Made by a program: the position numbers and the translations under genes. Of a DNA stretch of 64,000 nucleotides, positions 24,111 to 38,300 are shown piece after piece. The notes beneath the pieces were generated by a model. It was not told where the DNA came from, ran no database searches, and worked only from the letters and a program-made list of their open reading frames with translations. How positions within the stretch are numbered: position 1 is the first letter of the stretch; the number at the start of each line of letters is the position of its first letter. The stretch comes from Takakia lepidozioides (taxonomy: Eukaryota; Plantae; Bryophyta), in assembly GCA_030704615.1 (NCBI GenBank), contig CM060731.1, positions 45,384,001 through 45,448,000 on the forward strand. Direction: 5' to 3'.

Positions 24111-24249
24111 GCAAACCCTAGGTTCACGTTTACCAAATATGAGCCTCGGCTCACGCTTTCTTCATAAATCGTGAGCCCAGCTCCCAGGCTCATGGGGCTG
24201 GGCTCATGACCTAGCTGCCCTCATGGATGGGGTGGCAACCCCTGACAGT

Positions 24250-25508
24250 GCCTGATCTTCGAGCATGGGTGGGGATATGTCTATTCATGGGATTGTAGAA
24301 ACTTCCCAACCTTCGTTGTTACTGACAAAGCATTGAGGTCTTTTTTGCTTGTCTTGTCATGGGAAAGTGACGACCCACGATCGTTTTGAGAGCATCATTT
24401 GGTGTTTGCATCTGGTTGACAACTCCACCCTGGTCTATGATCGGAAGAGTCCCTTGTACAATAAACTAGGCAAGGTCAGACGGCTTTACGATGAAACTGT
24501 TAGTAGATGCAAGGAGTTCAGGAATCTGAACAAGATGATAACAACGGACGAGGTAATGATAAAGTACAAGGGCAAGTATTGTGCCATTCGGCAATACATG
24601 ACCAAAAAAACATGCAAGTCGGATATCAAAATTTGGGCCCTGGCGGATTTTGTCACCAATTATATGTACGATTTCAGTGTCTACTGCGGGAAGAATGGAG
24701 GGCCTCAATGCATGAAAGAGAAGAGTGGTAAAGGTGAGGGGTACGATGTTGTTAACGGATTGGTGTCTGACTTGCATGGGCGGGGCCAGGTAGTGGTCAT
24801 TGACAATTTCTTTACGTCGCCTCAGTTGTTTTAGGCAACAGGCACTGTTAGGCTGAACATGAAAGGTCTTCCACCTGCTTTGATCCGTTTGATAAAAAGC
24901 AAGACAGTGCAGGGAGACTCCTGGTTCAAGATTTCCGGCAGCTGGCTGCTGTATTGTGGGGGACAAAAAAGGAGTGTTCATCATCTCCTCTGCAGCTCGG
25001 CCAATGTCTGGGCCCAACTCACCTGTCACCGTAAGGAGGTTTGTTGGGAACTCACGAGTTCAAATTCCTTATGTACCCATGCATGTGCAGTATCCAAGCT
25101 ACATGAGAGGGGTTGATGTGGAAGACCAGATGAGGGGTGCCTACAGCATGCAGTTGAAATCATAAATGGTGGCATAGCGTATTCTTCTTCATGTTGGATA
25201 CTACAATGGTGAATGCCTACTTGCTGCATTCTACACACCTGAAGGGGATGGGCAAGCGTGCCCTCAGCCATATGGAATTCAATTTGGCAGTGGCCCACAG
25301 TTTGACTGCCTCCACTTGGGCATCCTTGGGTGTGGCTGGGCACAATGGTGCTTTGTGTGGGGATTGGCACCAATGCTTGCATTCCTCACTTCGCCGGGTG
25401 TGTGTTCGATGCAAGAAGAGGACACACTACTACTGCCCACAGTGTCAGTCCACGTTCATATGCCTGGGTGATTGCTGGCGGGAGGCTCACCGCAGCAGGG
25501 GAAGGTGA
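24250..25508 (+). mobile_element. piggyBac-family (PGBD/DDE_Tnp_1_7-type) transposase pseudogene
   Basis: DRFESI..CLHLVDN, KLGKVR, TDEVMIKYKG (D1), IDNFFTS (D2), ATGTVR, YMRGVDVEDQ (D3), KWW..FFFMLDTTMVNAY, C-terminal CVRC..CPQC..C..C..H; several stops and frameshifts. Confidence 0.9.
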
Positions 25509-27713
25509 CTTCAATTCGCTTCTTGTCTTGATGTTCTTGTATTGCACGATCATTTGTGGCGGGCAAGTGTGAGTGCTCAATGCTGACTGTGCCTGTTTAT
25601 ATGGTGGCAGGGTGGGCGTGGTGGTCATGTGTGGGGGTGCTCAATGGTGTGAGGGCGGGTAGTCAAGGGAGTGGGGTGTGCACAGGTTTTTGCTGTGTGG
25701 GGCTCGGGCAGGCTATTGGGTTGCTGCTTCGTTCGCGCATCATCGATGGTCCAGGGGCTCTGGTTGCTGTATTGCAAGCCGTTGAGGTTGCTTTGACATG
25801 GGGATGGGTTCGGAGTGGGTTTCATCATTGTTTTGGGGTCATTGTTGTTTCTTTGAGAAAGGGGGAGCTGCAGCTTGGTTGGTTGGTTTATTGAGGGGAT
25901 GCTTGCTGGGGGGGGGAATTGTCTGCATTATGGGCAGATTTGGGGGTTCAATCCTCCCACAGTATGGGTTTCTCTCCCTTATAAGGATTCTTCTCTGCAT
26001 TTCGTGGTAAAGGGTGGGGCCTGCATGCACTGTTCATATGAAGGTCCTTGGTTCATGGCAGTTGGTGCCCATGAATGTTACGGGGGTTGGGCCAAATAAA
26101 CCCATGTCTCTTCAATCTGGCAGGGTTATCTTGCAGGTCAGAAAAAGGGAGAGAAACGGAGTAGGCAATGGGGTGGCAGCATAGAGGGTGTGGGATGGCT
26201 CATTTGTGAGGCCATGTGTCCAGGAGACCACGAAGGTAGCAGATATTAAGGCCCTTCCACAGCTTTCTACAAACTAGGGTTACTTTTGACAGCAGGCACG
26301 GCTGGAAATCTGACCGCAGAGATCCTGGACGGCCGTGATGCAGCCAACAACTTAAGCTTAGCCTGTAAGTCATATAAGTGGTGCAACGGCCATGCGCCGC
26401 CAAACAAGAGTATGTAATGAATCCCTGATGATTGGGCAGACACGCCACACACTTATGGGCCGCCGGACCTGGTGAGGATTATTACTCTGTATAGAGTCCA
26501 ATTCAAAGGGTGTATATTGACACACACATATATATATAGACATGTATACCACTGTTGGGAGGTTCTTTGATTCAGCTACAAACCAACATATGTTCTGTTC
26601 TGTTTTGTTTTATTTTGGTTGAGAAAGGGCAGGCAGCCCTTGGGAGCTTTATTGAATGTTATTGATGGGAAAAAAAATAAAACCCTTGAAGGCCCGAAGG
26701 CGTTTTCTTTTTTGTTTTCCAGGGAATGGAGGCCCCAGATTTGCAAATGAAATAATAAGCACCTATGAGCTCTGAGTGACCAGTGACCAGTGATGTTATC
26801 AAATAAGCGGTGTACATGGAATACATGCAAGCCCGGCCTATTGGGTATTATGTTTATGCAACAATCCATCAAATCAATGGCCTGCGCACGGGCCATTTGT
26901 ATTGCCGCTTGTATCCTTTGTGTTATGGGGCAGTCATTTGTCAAGTCTATTGACTGTATGAACTATAACTCCCGGTTACATAGATTTGAAATACGCGGCT
27001 TGAAAACTGCCAGTTATTTGAGGTTCTTACAATTAACTGGAGTCGAGGGGTCCATGAAAGAAATTGGGAAAAAACCCAAAACCGGAGGTTCTTTGATTCT
27101 AAGATTCTGTAATGAAAGTAATCAAATAACCCCAAATAACACTGATGTATACCATGATAATAGCAGCATGGATTATTTGTAAGGTTATTTTTCCCCTACA
27201 TTTTCAATAAGTTGGGGCCCAATCCCCCTCTCAAAAAAGAAAAGAAAAAATCCATGCAAGTGTGATGGCTGAGGAAATTAGAATTATCTGCAGTGACGCA
27301 ATGAGTCAATGTTTTCGCAGTGGAATGTTTCTTTCATGTCCTTCACGTGCTGCCATTATGGTAGGGTTTAGGGTTTTAGCCGCCAGGGGGCTGATGTCAG
27401 TTTGTCAGGCTAATCGTATGCGGATCTTGTCGCTTCGGCTACTGCAGAGTTTTGGCATCTGCTTGATGATGTTTGGATTCAAAAGCAAGTTTCTCCAAGT
27501 TCTCTCTCTGAACACTTGCAGCACCCCAACCATTTGTATTAAGTTACTCCATGCTTCTGATGTGTATTCCAGATAATACACCCATTGATATCGATATCAA
27601 TCTGTGGGAAACTCCTGTAGAATGCCGGTCTTGTGGCACAGTGAAGGGTCAAGCCTCTATAAAGTTGTCTACCTTCCCTAGAGAGGCTTCAGTAAAGCAC
27701 TTCGACAGTGCCA

Positions 27714-27865
27714 GGTTGCATTCAGTCTTTCAATTCTAGTCATCACCAGTGGTAGTCCTGTGAAGTATGTTCTGATATCAGTTTGCATTCAGTCTTTCAA
27801 TTCTAGTCATCACCAGTGGTAGTCCTGTTAAGTATGTTCTAGTATCAGGTTGCATTCAGTCTTTG
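27714..27865. repeat. Tandem repeat, ~67-bp unit x ~2.3
   Basis: TTGCATTCAGTCTTT recurs at ~27716, ~27783 and ~27850 with near-identical intervening sequence. Confidence 0.85.
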
Positions 27866-28488
27866 ACAGTGGTTCTCCTTAAATCTTGATAAATTTGTAA
27901 ACAGGGTGCAGTCAGTATCTGACCATACTCACACGAACTTGAACGGCCGAGTGTTCTGCTGCAAGTAAACAGGGCTGACAATTCAAAGTTGTGAACAGCA
28001 TCTCAAAAGATCCAGCTAAGCCTAGGCCCATGGATACTCGAGGTGGCCTCGAAACGGAAAGTGAGATTCACGAGGTGAACATCTGCCCCATTTTTTAGAT
28101 AGATGTCTGTTACGTATGCTTGATGCTATTGCCTTAATATTGAGGGAAACTTCCGGCAGTAATATATCTGATACGGAGATTTTGTGGGTCTGGTTTCGAG
28201 TGATCCTGGCCCAGAGTATAGCCTCAAATGTGAAGGCTGCTTCCTCCACGTCTAAGCAATGTCAGTGTCGTTTACGTAAGCTGTGTGCTGAAGCATGTGC
28301 ACGTTTGCGTGCGTGTGCAGCACTGTAGGCATTTTTTTGCGCTCTACTCTCCTCTTCATAATCTTCAGGAGTGTTCGTCAGTCCCATACGACACTCCGTC
28401 CTGAACTTGTTGTTTTGGATCTCTTGCGGCACCTCAAAAATTCTCACCAACAGTTTGTAATCAGATTGCACGTGGAATCGAAAGTTGG

Positions 28489-30057
28489 ATGGATACTCTG
28501 AACTACGAAGAGGAAGAGGATGACACAAGAGGTTACAGCGAATGGAATATGCACGTCGATGAGGGAGGCAACACAATGTGCAGAAGACATCGGCGCGAGG
28601 TGTGCAAAGAGTGCGGTGTGGATTTTACTGATCAGAACAATGATGAGGAATTGAAGGTGACTACCCAACTGTCATGACATGGATTGAGGTTGCTCAATAT
28701 GATATTTATTTCTGCACACGATAGACGCTAAATTGTGATTAACTCTGATTGGCAATAGATCTGGTTGTAGATGCTCTGACATTACTCTGTATGGCAGCTT
28801 TTGATGAACCTTTACGTAGATGAGGAAGGCTTCTTCTACTGTCGGGAGCACCGGAGGGAGCTATGCCATGATTGCTGCGAAAGTTATCACTACCACAACG
28901 AGATACTACGAGCCAAAAAACAAGGGCGGGATTTTGACAAGGATCTCATGGGTGTCCGACTCCTTAAGGAGCTCATGCGGCAGGATGATGAAGTATCTTG
29001 GGAAGGACCCGCGGAGTTGGCTCGGGATGGTGTCCAACGGCCATTGGAGGAAACATCTGGTTTCACTCTCTCAGGTGAAAAGGTATGTGCACACTGTGGC
29101 CAGGCTGGGAACTTAAGCAGGTACTTAGGCAGGTGCGTAAAGTGCTACTGCTCTCGAGCCCATCAAGCTGCAGACTATGCAAAGCATAAGTCGAAGTGTG
29201 GGCCTCTAGATTCGGAGGGTATCGCAAGCACACAGCCAGGCGTGCCTGATATAGAATGCTCTTCTTCAGGCCCAAAGATTTGTGCACTGTGTGGTAGGGG
29301 GGGTGAGCTGAGCATATGCTCAAGGTGCAAATCATCATACTATTGCTCCAGAGAGCACCAAGCTGCGGACTACGCAAGCCACAAGGCAAAATGTCAGGCT
29401 CCAGGGGCGGGCAATGACACGGCTCAGCTAACGAAGACAAAACAAGACGAGAAACCCCTCGATGCATCTGGCAGGGGTCAGCAACCCCCTTCCTCAGGCT
29501 CAAAGGTGTGCGCACATTGTGGTGAGAGGGACAAGTTGAGCATGTGCACAAGGTGCAAGTCAACATGGTACTGCTCTAGAGACCATCAAGTGGCTGACTA
29601 TCGTAAACATAAGGCAGACTGTAGGCGGAAGGCTGAGGAAGCCCAGACAACTACCCAGCCAGGTGTAACGAAAGAGGCCCAGGCAACTGGCCCGCCTTGC
29701 AAAAAGCCAGGTGTAACTGAGGAAGCCCAGACAACTGCCTCACCTCCCAAAAAGCGAGGTGTAAAGGCGATCACATGGAACAAGCTTGAGAACGTGCATC
29801 CTTTCCCCGCCGCAGGTAGAACTTTGGAGGTACGCATTATATCGCATCCGTTCTTGCATCGGTATGTGTGTGATGGCAGGGACGCCAAAGGGGAGGTGCG
29901 ACGATTTGCCTTCTACAGTGACCATCCTCCTAAAGGCCTGAGAAAGGGTTGTGTTCTTCGCTGGCGAGATCCCCTGTTCCATTACTTCCTGGATGGCAGC
30001 ACTGGTGCCCGCATTGAGGATGAAGATCTGCCAAACATCACTATATCCGACAACTGA
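28489..30057 (+). CDS. Zinc-finger protein with two CxxH-x4-CxxC modules, three MYND fingers and a C-terminal globular domain (exons 28489-28656, 28798-30057)
   Basis: A phase-0 GT-AG intron (28657-28797) joins the two ORFs in frame. MYND pattern CxxC..CxxC..YCS..HQ..D...HK..C occurs three times; the first copy is degenerate. Confidence 0.8.
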
Positions 30058-31425
30058 TCTTGCAAAATACTCTTCCAAGGTTTTCTTGTGGGGTCAGATC
30101 CGAGCTGTATCAAGTGAAGTGAAATTACAAGCTCTCAGTTTTCAAGACAAGTCAACATCCGACATAGATTAATCTTCTTCCTCGTTATTTTGTGCAGTCG
30201 CAGGCTTTACTATACCGAAGATATGACTCGTACTAACATGAATCGACAGTATTCCCTACCGACAGGATTTTGTTTTGTTCACTTGTGAATAGTTTTCAGC
30301 AGCAGCAGTGGCCATGGTGGCGACCAAGTTTTCAAATGGATGATATTTTCCTGAAAACTCATCCTGCTGATGAGTCCAGCTTGGGATCTACAGGAGTGTC
30401 CCCTACTGTATGCCAAAGAGGAGTGGCTAATGAGGAACGTTCCTCTTCACGACTGCTATGTAGGAGTATATAATTTCTGAGAACCATTTTGTAGGACGTT
30501 TCTAAGTTATTTTGTTTCCTAAGGGGTTCCATCCGAATGCACCACAGTGGCAGTTGTAAAGTTGAGGCCTAGTCAATTCAGCTTGCCAACTTCTGATTAG
30601 TTGTAGACTTTGATGGTTCACGTATCAACTTGAGCACTATGTTTAGGCACTGGAAAGAGAGTGGAAAGAGAGGGAGACACTGCAAATGCTTTTGCTTCTT
30701 ACTAGTTTTGCAAAAAAGTTAAGGAAAATTCATTCAGCAGTACAAATACAAGTTTTGAACATTTCTGATTGTGTATTTGAAGTAATTTTAACACCACTTT
30801 TTGCATTGTAAAGTGTCAGAAAGAAAGTGTGAATGTAGGACATAAACAGGTTTTGAACATTTCTGTTGATGTATCTGTTTGTGCAGTTGAAGCATTTAAT
30901 CCCAACAACATATTTTGCAAACACTCTGATAGTGTTACAATTTTTCGATATTCCGTTTGTGCATCTGTAGTAATTAATTTTAACATTACTTTACATATAT
31001 AGAAGTTCAGGAAGGTAGTAATAGTAAGAAAAAGGTTTCGAATATTTATGTGTAGAGTTGAAGCAACTTATCTTCACATCATTGTTGGCATACCCAGGTT
31101 ATGAAGTGCTACAAAGTGTGAACGTAGTATCATGTCAAAATCTACTTAGTGGTACCAAACAGGTTTAGAATACTTCTCTGTGCATTTGAAGCAACTAATC
31201 TCAACACCACCTTTTGCATACATACGATGTGAAGTGTCAGAAACTGTGAATGTAGAAGAAACATGTTACATGTCAAATTCACATTCAAATGGTACAACAC
31301 AAATCGGACCCCACCATTGCTTGGTTTATGGGCATCATCCAGAATCAGAAAAACTCACTCATCGTCATCATATGGCACACACTAGCTTCAAGCTACTCTA
31401 CAAGACATGTCATCAAACTACACAT

Positions 31426-32445
31426 TTAGTTTTGACTCTTAGTCGTATCCAAAGTCTCTTCAACGGTGGAGTTGGACATGGTAAAGTTCATTTTCGGTGC
31501 TGTACAAACTGCATCACAAACCATCGTGCAATTTCACTTAAAAGTCAGTAGATATTGAGGATGATAGCTACTGTGCTATCTCCACATGCCAAAGTTGCAC
31601 TGCGCCCTGCAAAGTCTACTAAGCTGACAAAGCCATAATCTCACTTAATGTCCGTGCAAACACTGAATCTGCTTTAAAACACTGTAAAACGAAGTGCACT
31701 TTTCAATCTGAAATGTTGAACTAAAACAGTAACTGAGGATGTCGAAAGCAGAATCTACAAATGCAAGTTGAAAACACTTCAGACCATCAAGAGGGTAAGA
31801 CCTAAGAACTCCAGTTATAATCACATGTTCACTATTAGTTTATGTTGCCATTTGAAGAGGTAGCTACAAATCATACCTGGGCATGTGTAATCTTCACTGA
31901 CTTCCTCAAATGGCGTCTCTTCATTGTAGACATAGCCGCACTGTTGACAGATGTATGCAATTCTTTGACCCACCGGCCCAGCTCCCTGGTCAAGGGGCGC
32001 ACTTCTGGTGGTTCCACCCAGGGGGATTTCCGTGCCACTCAGACCTGGTGGAGACGAAGGAGGTGTAGGCCTCCCTGATGTTGCGCCTGCTGACGGCTCC
32101 TCCGCACGCACTACCAATGCCCTCCTGCCGATTCTGTTGGATGCGAAGCCTACACCATTCACAAGATCAGGCAGTGTAAGCACCCATGGGTGTGCAGACC
32201 AAGGGGGTTTCGATCATCAAATCCTTAACACACGCACTTGACAAGGTAGATTGTAATCTTGATACTGCTAACACAGCCCAGAGCCTCAATCCCAATTGAA
32301 CTCTTGAGCCCTCAAAGGGGCCAAGCTTACCATAGGAGAAGCGCACAGAGCTGGGCGATGAGGTCAAGCCGGACCGACCTCGCACACTGAGTCCGGCAGG
32401 CGCCACACATGGTGTCATCAAACTGGCATTCATGACTAGTGCCAT
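31426..32445 (-). CDS. Rubredoxin-like protein with plastid transit peptide (3 exons)
   Basis: Transit-peptide-like N-terminus ending VVRA. YICQQCGYVY..PFEEVSEDYTCP|VCTAPKMNF is completed by a last exon at ~31426-31508. Confidence 0.85.
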
Positions 32446-33846
32446 TGCTATCTGAGCTAAAATCGAAACCTAGTACAGCGATTCGAAATCCGAAACTCAA
32501 GAAATGAAGAATCTGTGCAAGACAGCTGCAATGGTTATAACACGCAAGACTCCACTCTCTCGGCACAGCAAAGAGCTTGCAGGAACTGCGTAATCAGCTA
32601 TTGGGTTCCACAGAGGTTGCTTGAAGCCGGCGAGCAATGCAAGAAGGTGATGGGTGAAGAGTGGGAACTGGACACACTTATTTTAAAGCGCACAGGGAGA
32701 GCACACTCCCAGCCTCGCCTTTACAGCGACGCTTGCTATTGCGGCACCTGGCTCTCTCGATCCCTGCAGATCGACGGCCCCAACAACCGCGCTGTGAATC
32801 GCACGGTGGCCGCGTGGACGCTGCCTGTGTCTCGCACAGTGCATGACTGCCACCTGTGGGCCACCTGAAAGCACATTCACACAAAGCCCTCCAGCACTGC
32901 CTAAAGTATCAGAGAGGGGCTATGTCCTGTGGCACTTTTGTTCCTCCCAGATCAGTGCATACTGCTTTCCCTGTTAACTTACTTGCAACCAGGGATTGGG
33001 ATCAGTGCTCATTAAGGTGGATAATTAACTTAAGCTTTTAGATGAGATTGTCGGCCTCCCTAGTTTGTTTGCTTGACAAGCAATAACACTCTCTTATGTA
33101 AGATTGTGGGTAGGGAGATTGGGAGTGCCTATGGAAGCAGGGACTTGCTTGTGAAAGTTAGATGACCATTGCTGACCAGCCGATGCTTCATCTCGTTTCT
33201 TCTTCAGTCTACAAGCTTGGAGAGCCCTTCCCCTATCATTATATACTTGCATGGCTTGAGGCAAATGAGAAGATGGGCTCTTGTGGATGCAACCTTAACT
33301 TATCGTGTCTGCAAAGGACTACTGCTTCCATTTGGAAAGTGGACACCTTTTGAGACAACTGTACCAGTTGCACACCATGTCTTTGAGAGCACTTGACCGA
33401 ATGTGTGAGATGATGGCAATGTCACCATTACGTTTCCATTTAATTTTGCCACTCCTTAAGATCTAGGTCATGTACATCCGCAATGAAAGAACAAGGTCAT
33501 TCTCCAACATTTCCTCAACTAAAAGATAGAAAGTTCTATCACACCGCAGAGGCAAGTAATTTGGTGAATGAGCAAATACTTGGAGCTACCCTATTCTGAG
33601 GTTTTAAAAATCACAGCCCTACAGCAGCCTTCTGTCTCTGCAATCAGCCCTCTTAGTGGGGGGAAAACCGTGACTACGGAGCAACCTGTGCGAGATAAGG
33701 ATGTCGCCCTTGCGTAGGAACCTCTATTGCATGGAGGGCTGCCAACGTTTGTCCACATTTGACATTGCTTCAGCCTTCAGTTGAAGAAGCCCTATTAAAT
33801 CCGTGTCGTATAGTTAAGCCCCCCAATGACTTTGGGTGTACCTTCA

Positions 33847-34329
33847 CTAGCTTGTCTTGGGCTTTGGTTGCCGGGCCCCCACCATCACAACTCCCACAAA
33901 TATGAGCACAAATGAAACGAGTGTAACACCAGCGATCGCTGGGATAATAATCGCATACTCACGAGCAGGAAAATAGTTGTGAACAAAGTGGTCGGTGTCC
34001 ACGAAAGGCTGCATTGATTATTCAACCACACATATCAAGAGAGTACAAAACTGGAAAGCATAGTACTATCAAGACCAGATCTTCATGGAATTGTTCCTTG
34101 GTAAGCCTTCCTTTGTGGAATAGTTTCTGCACAGTTCTCAGACTTGAAATTCGGTAAATCAATGACCTCCTCAGCTTATTGCAGTGCCTGTCTAGTTTCA
34201 ATGTGTGAACATCTACAAATAAGAGGGACTTTTACAAACCGTTATGATGACCCAGAATGTGTAATAAGCAAAAAGAGTAGTGCTGAAGAGTAGTAGCAGA
34301 AAGCCAACAGCCCTGTCTCCCAGCTCCAT
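33847..34329 (-). CDS. DPM2: Dolichol-phosphate-mannose synthase regulatory subunit (exons 34329-34240, 34008-33847)
   Basis: Spliced translation MELGDRAVGFLLLLFSTTLFAYYTFWVIIT|PFVDTDHFVHNYFPAREYAIIIPAIAGV...KTS*; not in the ORF track. Confidence 0.93.
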
Positions 34330-35398
34330 CCCTGTTCCACCACAACATAAACCCAGCTCCCCATCAAAATAGCCCACTCTCATCTTCCATCCCTCTCTCT
34401 GCAGAAAAATGCTGGAAAAACCTCATACGCGTGCCAAGTGAACCACATACACACGAAGACAGAAAGAACTCAAAAAAGAATCGTCACAACGCCCGAAGGG
34501 GTCCCGTGTGGCGATGGACAATTTGAAGAAACATGACCACTGCACAGAGGAACGGGGGGGAGGGGAGATTTGCGCACATCAATCATATCTCTCTCTAACG
34601 AAATATTTCACAGAACCCTATACGCGTGCCCAACACACATGAACTACCGAAAAAAAAACTACTGTGTGAGAGAGGGAGAGAGAGAGAGAGAGAGAGAATA
34701 TTTCCACTCACAGATGACCAACAGAGGAAGAGTCGGTCCACCTGAGTCCGAGAGGATTGCAGCAGGTCAATCCGACCCAAACGCCAGGAAAACTCAGACA
34801 GGGAAGGAGAGAGAAGAGGCACAAGCCCTAATTCATCCATGCATGCAGAGGTTGACGCTACAGGCAGAGCATCCGTGTTCATCCATGCCTTCTGGGCACA
34901 ATGATGGCCGTGGACTCAAAGTCAATGCCATTTTGATTAACAATGAATGGAACCCAATCGGAAGCGAGCTCCAGTTGGTAGGTAGCACTGTCTACTTAGT
35001 ACAGAGATTGATAGAGCACCGAACGTGCCAAGTTTCCGGTTCTGTTGTTTCTTGTGTATTGTGGGTCTTTCGAGTTTGCTGTTTCTACTTAGTGTGTTTG
35101 GGGGATTATTTTGCTATTTTCTCTTTATCGCTCTACGTCATGGAATCTCTGACAGCCCAGGGATTTCGCTTGTCTGCCCAACATGCTGGTCTTTTGCATT
35201 CTCTGTCCGCGAGATTCTGGTGTTAGTACCGTTGTACAAAGCTTGACAGTGCCGTAGGCGTTAAGAAACAACCATCATCTTGTTCTCGCTTGGGATTCTA
35301 GTGCCGGGGAAGAACGGGGTGTGCTATAGAGTGCTCCTTTTCATCACTTTGAATTTGTCTTTATTTGTTCTCTCTCCCCGTCTCCCATTGTCCCCCTC

Positions 35399-38300
35399 AT
35401 GATGGGTGAACGTGAAATAGCGAAGTATTCAGGAAAGGCACCATTGGAGTGGCATTTGGGTGTGACCCTTTTCAAATTTGTAAGGAATCCAGTGGTTATT
35501 GTGCCAGTTCTGTGCCTGTTGGTAGGGATGGTGGCCGGGTTTTCAGATTTTTCGGATCTGGCAGGTTCGATCAACATGACATCTGGGGGAATTGCGTGGG
35601 TGACAACGATGGAGGGGGACGAGCTAGAGAGTGAAGTTCTTAGTACAGACGACAAAATCACGTTGGTAGAGCACGGAGAAGGTGCCGCAGAATTTAGTAC
35701 CCTGGAATCTATGCTCCAATGGGCTATCGGTAACACCTGCCTCTTGTCATTCTTTTCCTCAGCTGGTTCGAACCCTATATATTGGGTGTGCATATGAATC
35801 GGGGCCCACTAACTAGAGTTTGTCACAGATCCATCAGCAAATCTTGAAGTAGATAGAAATAGTTCTCAATTCCCAAAATCTAGAACCTCACATTCACATG
35901 CAAATCAAGCTGGCTAAAGCCTTCCCATTCTAAGTTCGAATGCCCGGTACTAGCGGTGGATCCTGTAATATTGGTGGGTAGTGACATGCTTGAATCTCGT
36001 TCAGTATTATATGAGGAATGTCCTCCCTTCAGAGAGCTCGAGAGAGGTAGAAAGGATGTGGGTTTTGTTCAGTAATTAGGTGCTGTTGGACCAGGCCATT
36101 CGGACCCAGATGAGTTGAAGGGAGCAGCACAGGAGGCACAGCGATTGACCCCACAACAACTGGAGAAGAAGCGAGCTGATATTCGGGTGCTCTCTCTGAC
36201 TCTTTCTCCCCCGAAGTGCTCTTTTCTGTCAACTCTGTGCATGGCAAGCAAAGTAGCCAAATGTATCAGATCTTTTGCAAACTGCTACAGGGTTAGTATT
36301 CTGATGGGATCATGCTTCAAGTTATCATCATTGCCGACTGTGTGTAGCCAATGGCCATTGAATTCAAAAGGTTCTTCGAGTGAAGCAGAATGGCATTCTT
36401 GTCTTGAGCATCGATTGTTTCTACTGTTAGTCCCAGGCAGACTTGGTCTAACCGTGGTAAAGTTGGTTACATTCATCAGAACAGCTACCTTTCTCTTTTC
36501 CTGCGCGACCTGTTTTGTCTGCAGTCTTTGATTCGGTTTGAGTTGACTCTCATCCTCCCATGTGAGGGCAACTTTAAAGGACTCGCAAATTGTAGTTGTT
36601 CATTTTGACAGAAAGTGGGGGGTTTGGTTTTGTCAGGAGTTGATGGAGAGATTGCGAGTACCTTCAGACGCAGATCTCATGAAGATCGCAATTGCTGACC
36701 TTCAGAACTCATCATTGCCTGCTGAGGACCGGCAGCGGGCACTCCAGGAGTTACTTGTGTTGGTTGAGCCGATTGACAATGCCAATGGTATGTTGACACT
36801 GCCCTATTCTCTGGTCCCCAAGGGACCAGATTGTTTTGTAATATGTAAGCACAGGGGTTTGTCTTGAGTGTCCGGATGATTGTAAGGCTGCAACACAATT
36901 AATGCACCGTTAATGAATATTGTGAACCTACCTTGTTTGTAGTAAAGAATTTTGCTTCTCCACCATGTAGTCCCTCTCTTTCTCTCGGTTCTGCATTTGC
37001 ACACATTCGAGTTTTGTTTTTGTGTCTCTGTCCTTATGTAGCTCAAGGTATGAAGGCCATCAAAGCTCGACGATGGAAGCCTTCCCAAAGCTTTATATAG
37101 CGAGACAATTTAATATTCCACTTGATGTGGTTCAATAAAAAGCCAGAATGGTTGAAGATGTGGCAGACTTGGACAAGCTAGGGGGCTTAAACCTGGTCAT
37201 TGCTGAATTGGAAAGACCCGAGGAGGAGCTGCGCACCACTGCTGCCTGGGTTCTTGGAAAGGCTTGCCAAAACAATTGGGTTGTGCAAAAAGAGGTGAGC
37301 ACTTTCCTGGTTCTTGTAGTGGAAGTGGTTTTCATTCGCCGCCAATCCCGTGCAGACCGTTCTCAGATTTTACTTGCACCTGGCCGTCATACACAGTTGA
37401 TCTGGTCAGTCTTCAGCATGGTGCTGAGATTGTTTTGATTATCTACGCTAATTCTTTTCTGATCTGCAAAACCAGATTTAGTTTTAATACACCCTTGGCT
37501 TGTCCAGCTCTTCAAAGCACCATCTTTCCCTCTTTCTCCAGACATTTGATGCATTGCTTTAGGTGTGGACAATCTTTCTTACATGAACAAGCTATGGTAG
37601 GGACAAAAGATCTAACTCCAGAGAGATTGAGGTCTCATGGAAGTCACTTTCTGCCTTGTACTGATAGCAGCGGGAACAACCATTCAAGCTAGGGAATGGA
37701 AAGTCAAGGGAGGTAGGGTGGAAACACAGAATGTACTTAGTATCACCCCTTGCCTACTTACTCAGCTTGATGCAGAAAGGAGATCATGGCAAGACCGATT
37801 ACCGTTTCTGTGGGTTGGGTTGCGTTGCAGTAGTGGACTTACTTTTGAGATTAAGTTGGTTGTGCCCCTCTAGACTCAACCAGAAGGTCCTCCCCATAGC
37901 TTGTGTGTTTTAGAAATGCAAGGAATGAGAGCTAAGACCTGTAGAAAACAGGAAAGAGTGAAGGGGCAAAATGGGGGGTTTATGAGTGGACTGAGTCTAT
38001 GGGCGTACAAGCAGATGTAAAAGTGAGGGGTAGTACAGGGAAGTGGGACATCTTTCAGCATAGTTGAGGTGATAACCTTGCTTGTTGGAATGCACAGATA
38101 CTGAAGCAGAGAGCACTGCCAAGGTTGCTGGAAATGGTGCGCTCTGACTGTGCTGAGGAGGCCATTAAAGCACTGTTCGCAGTCTCCGCCCTCATTCGCA
38201 ATTTCCCCTCAGGGCAGGAAGCTTTTTACATGGAGGGTGGTGCCTCATTGCTACAGGTGTACTATGTTTGTGTTTTTCTATGCTTACCGTGTTTTGTACT

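Noticed and set aside
24115-24244. hAT-like terminus (GGTGGCAACCCCTG)
   Set aside because: Only one end is visible; no partner TIR or 8-bp TSD was found.
27714-27865. CRISPR-like array
   Set aside because: The intervening sequences are near-identical rather than unique spacers; eukaryotic context with no cas genes.
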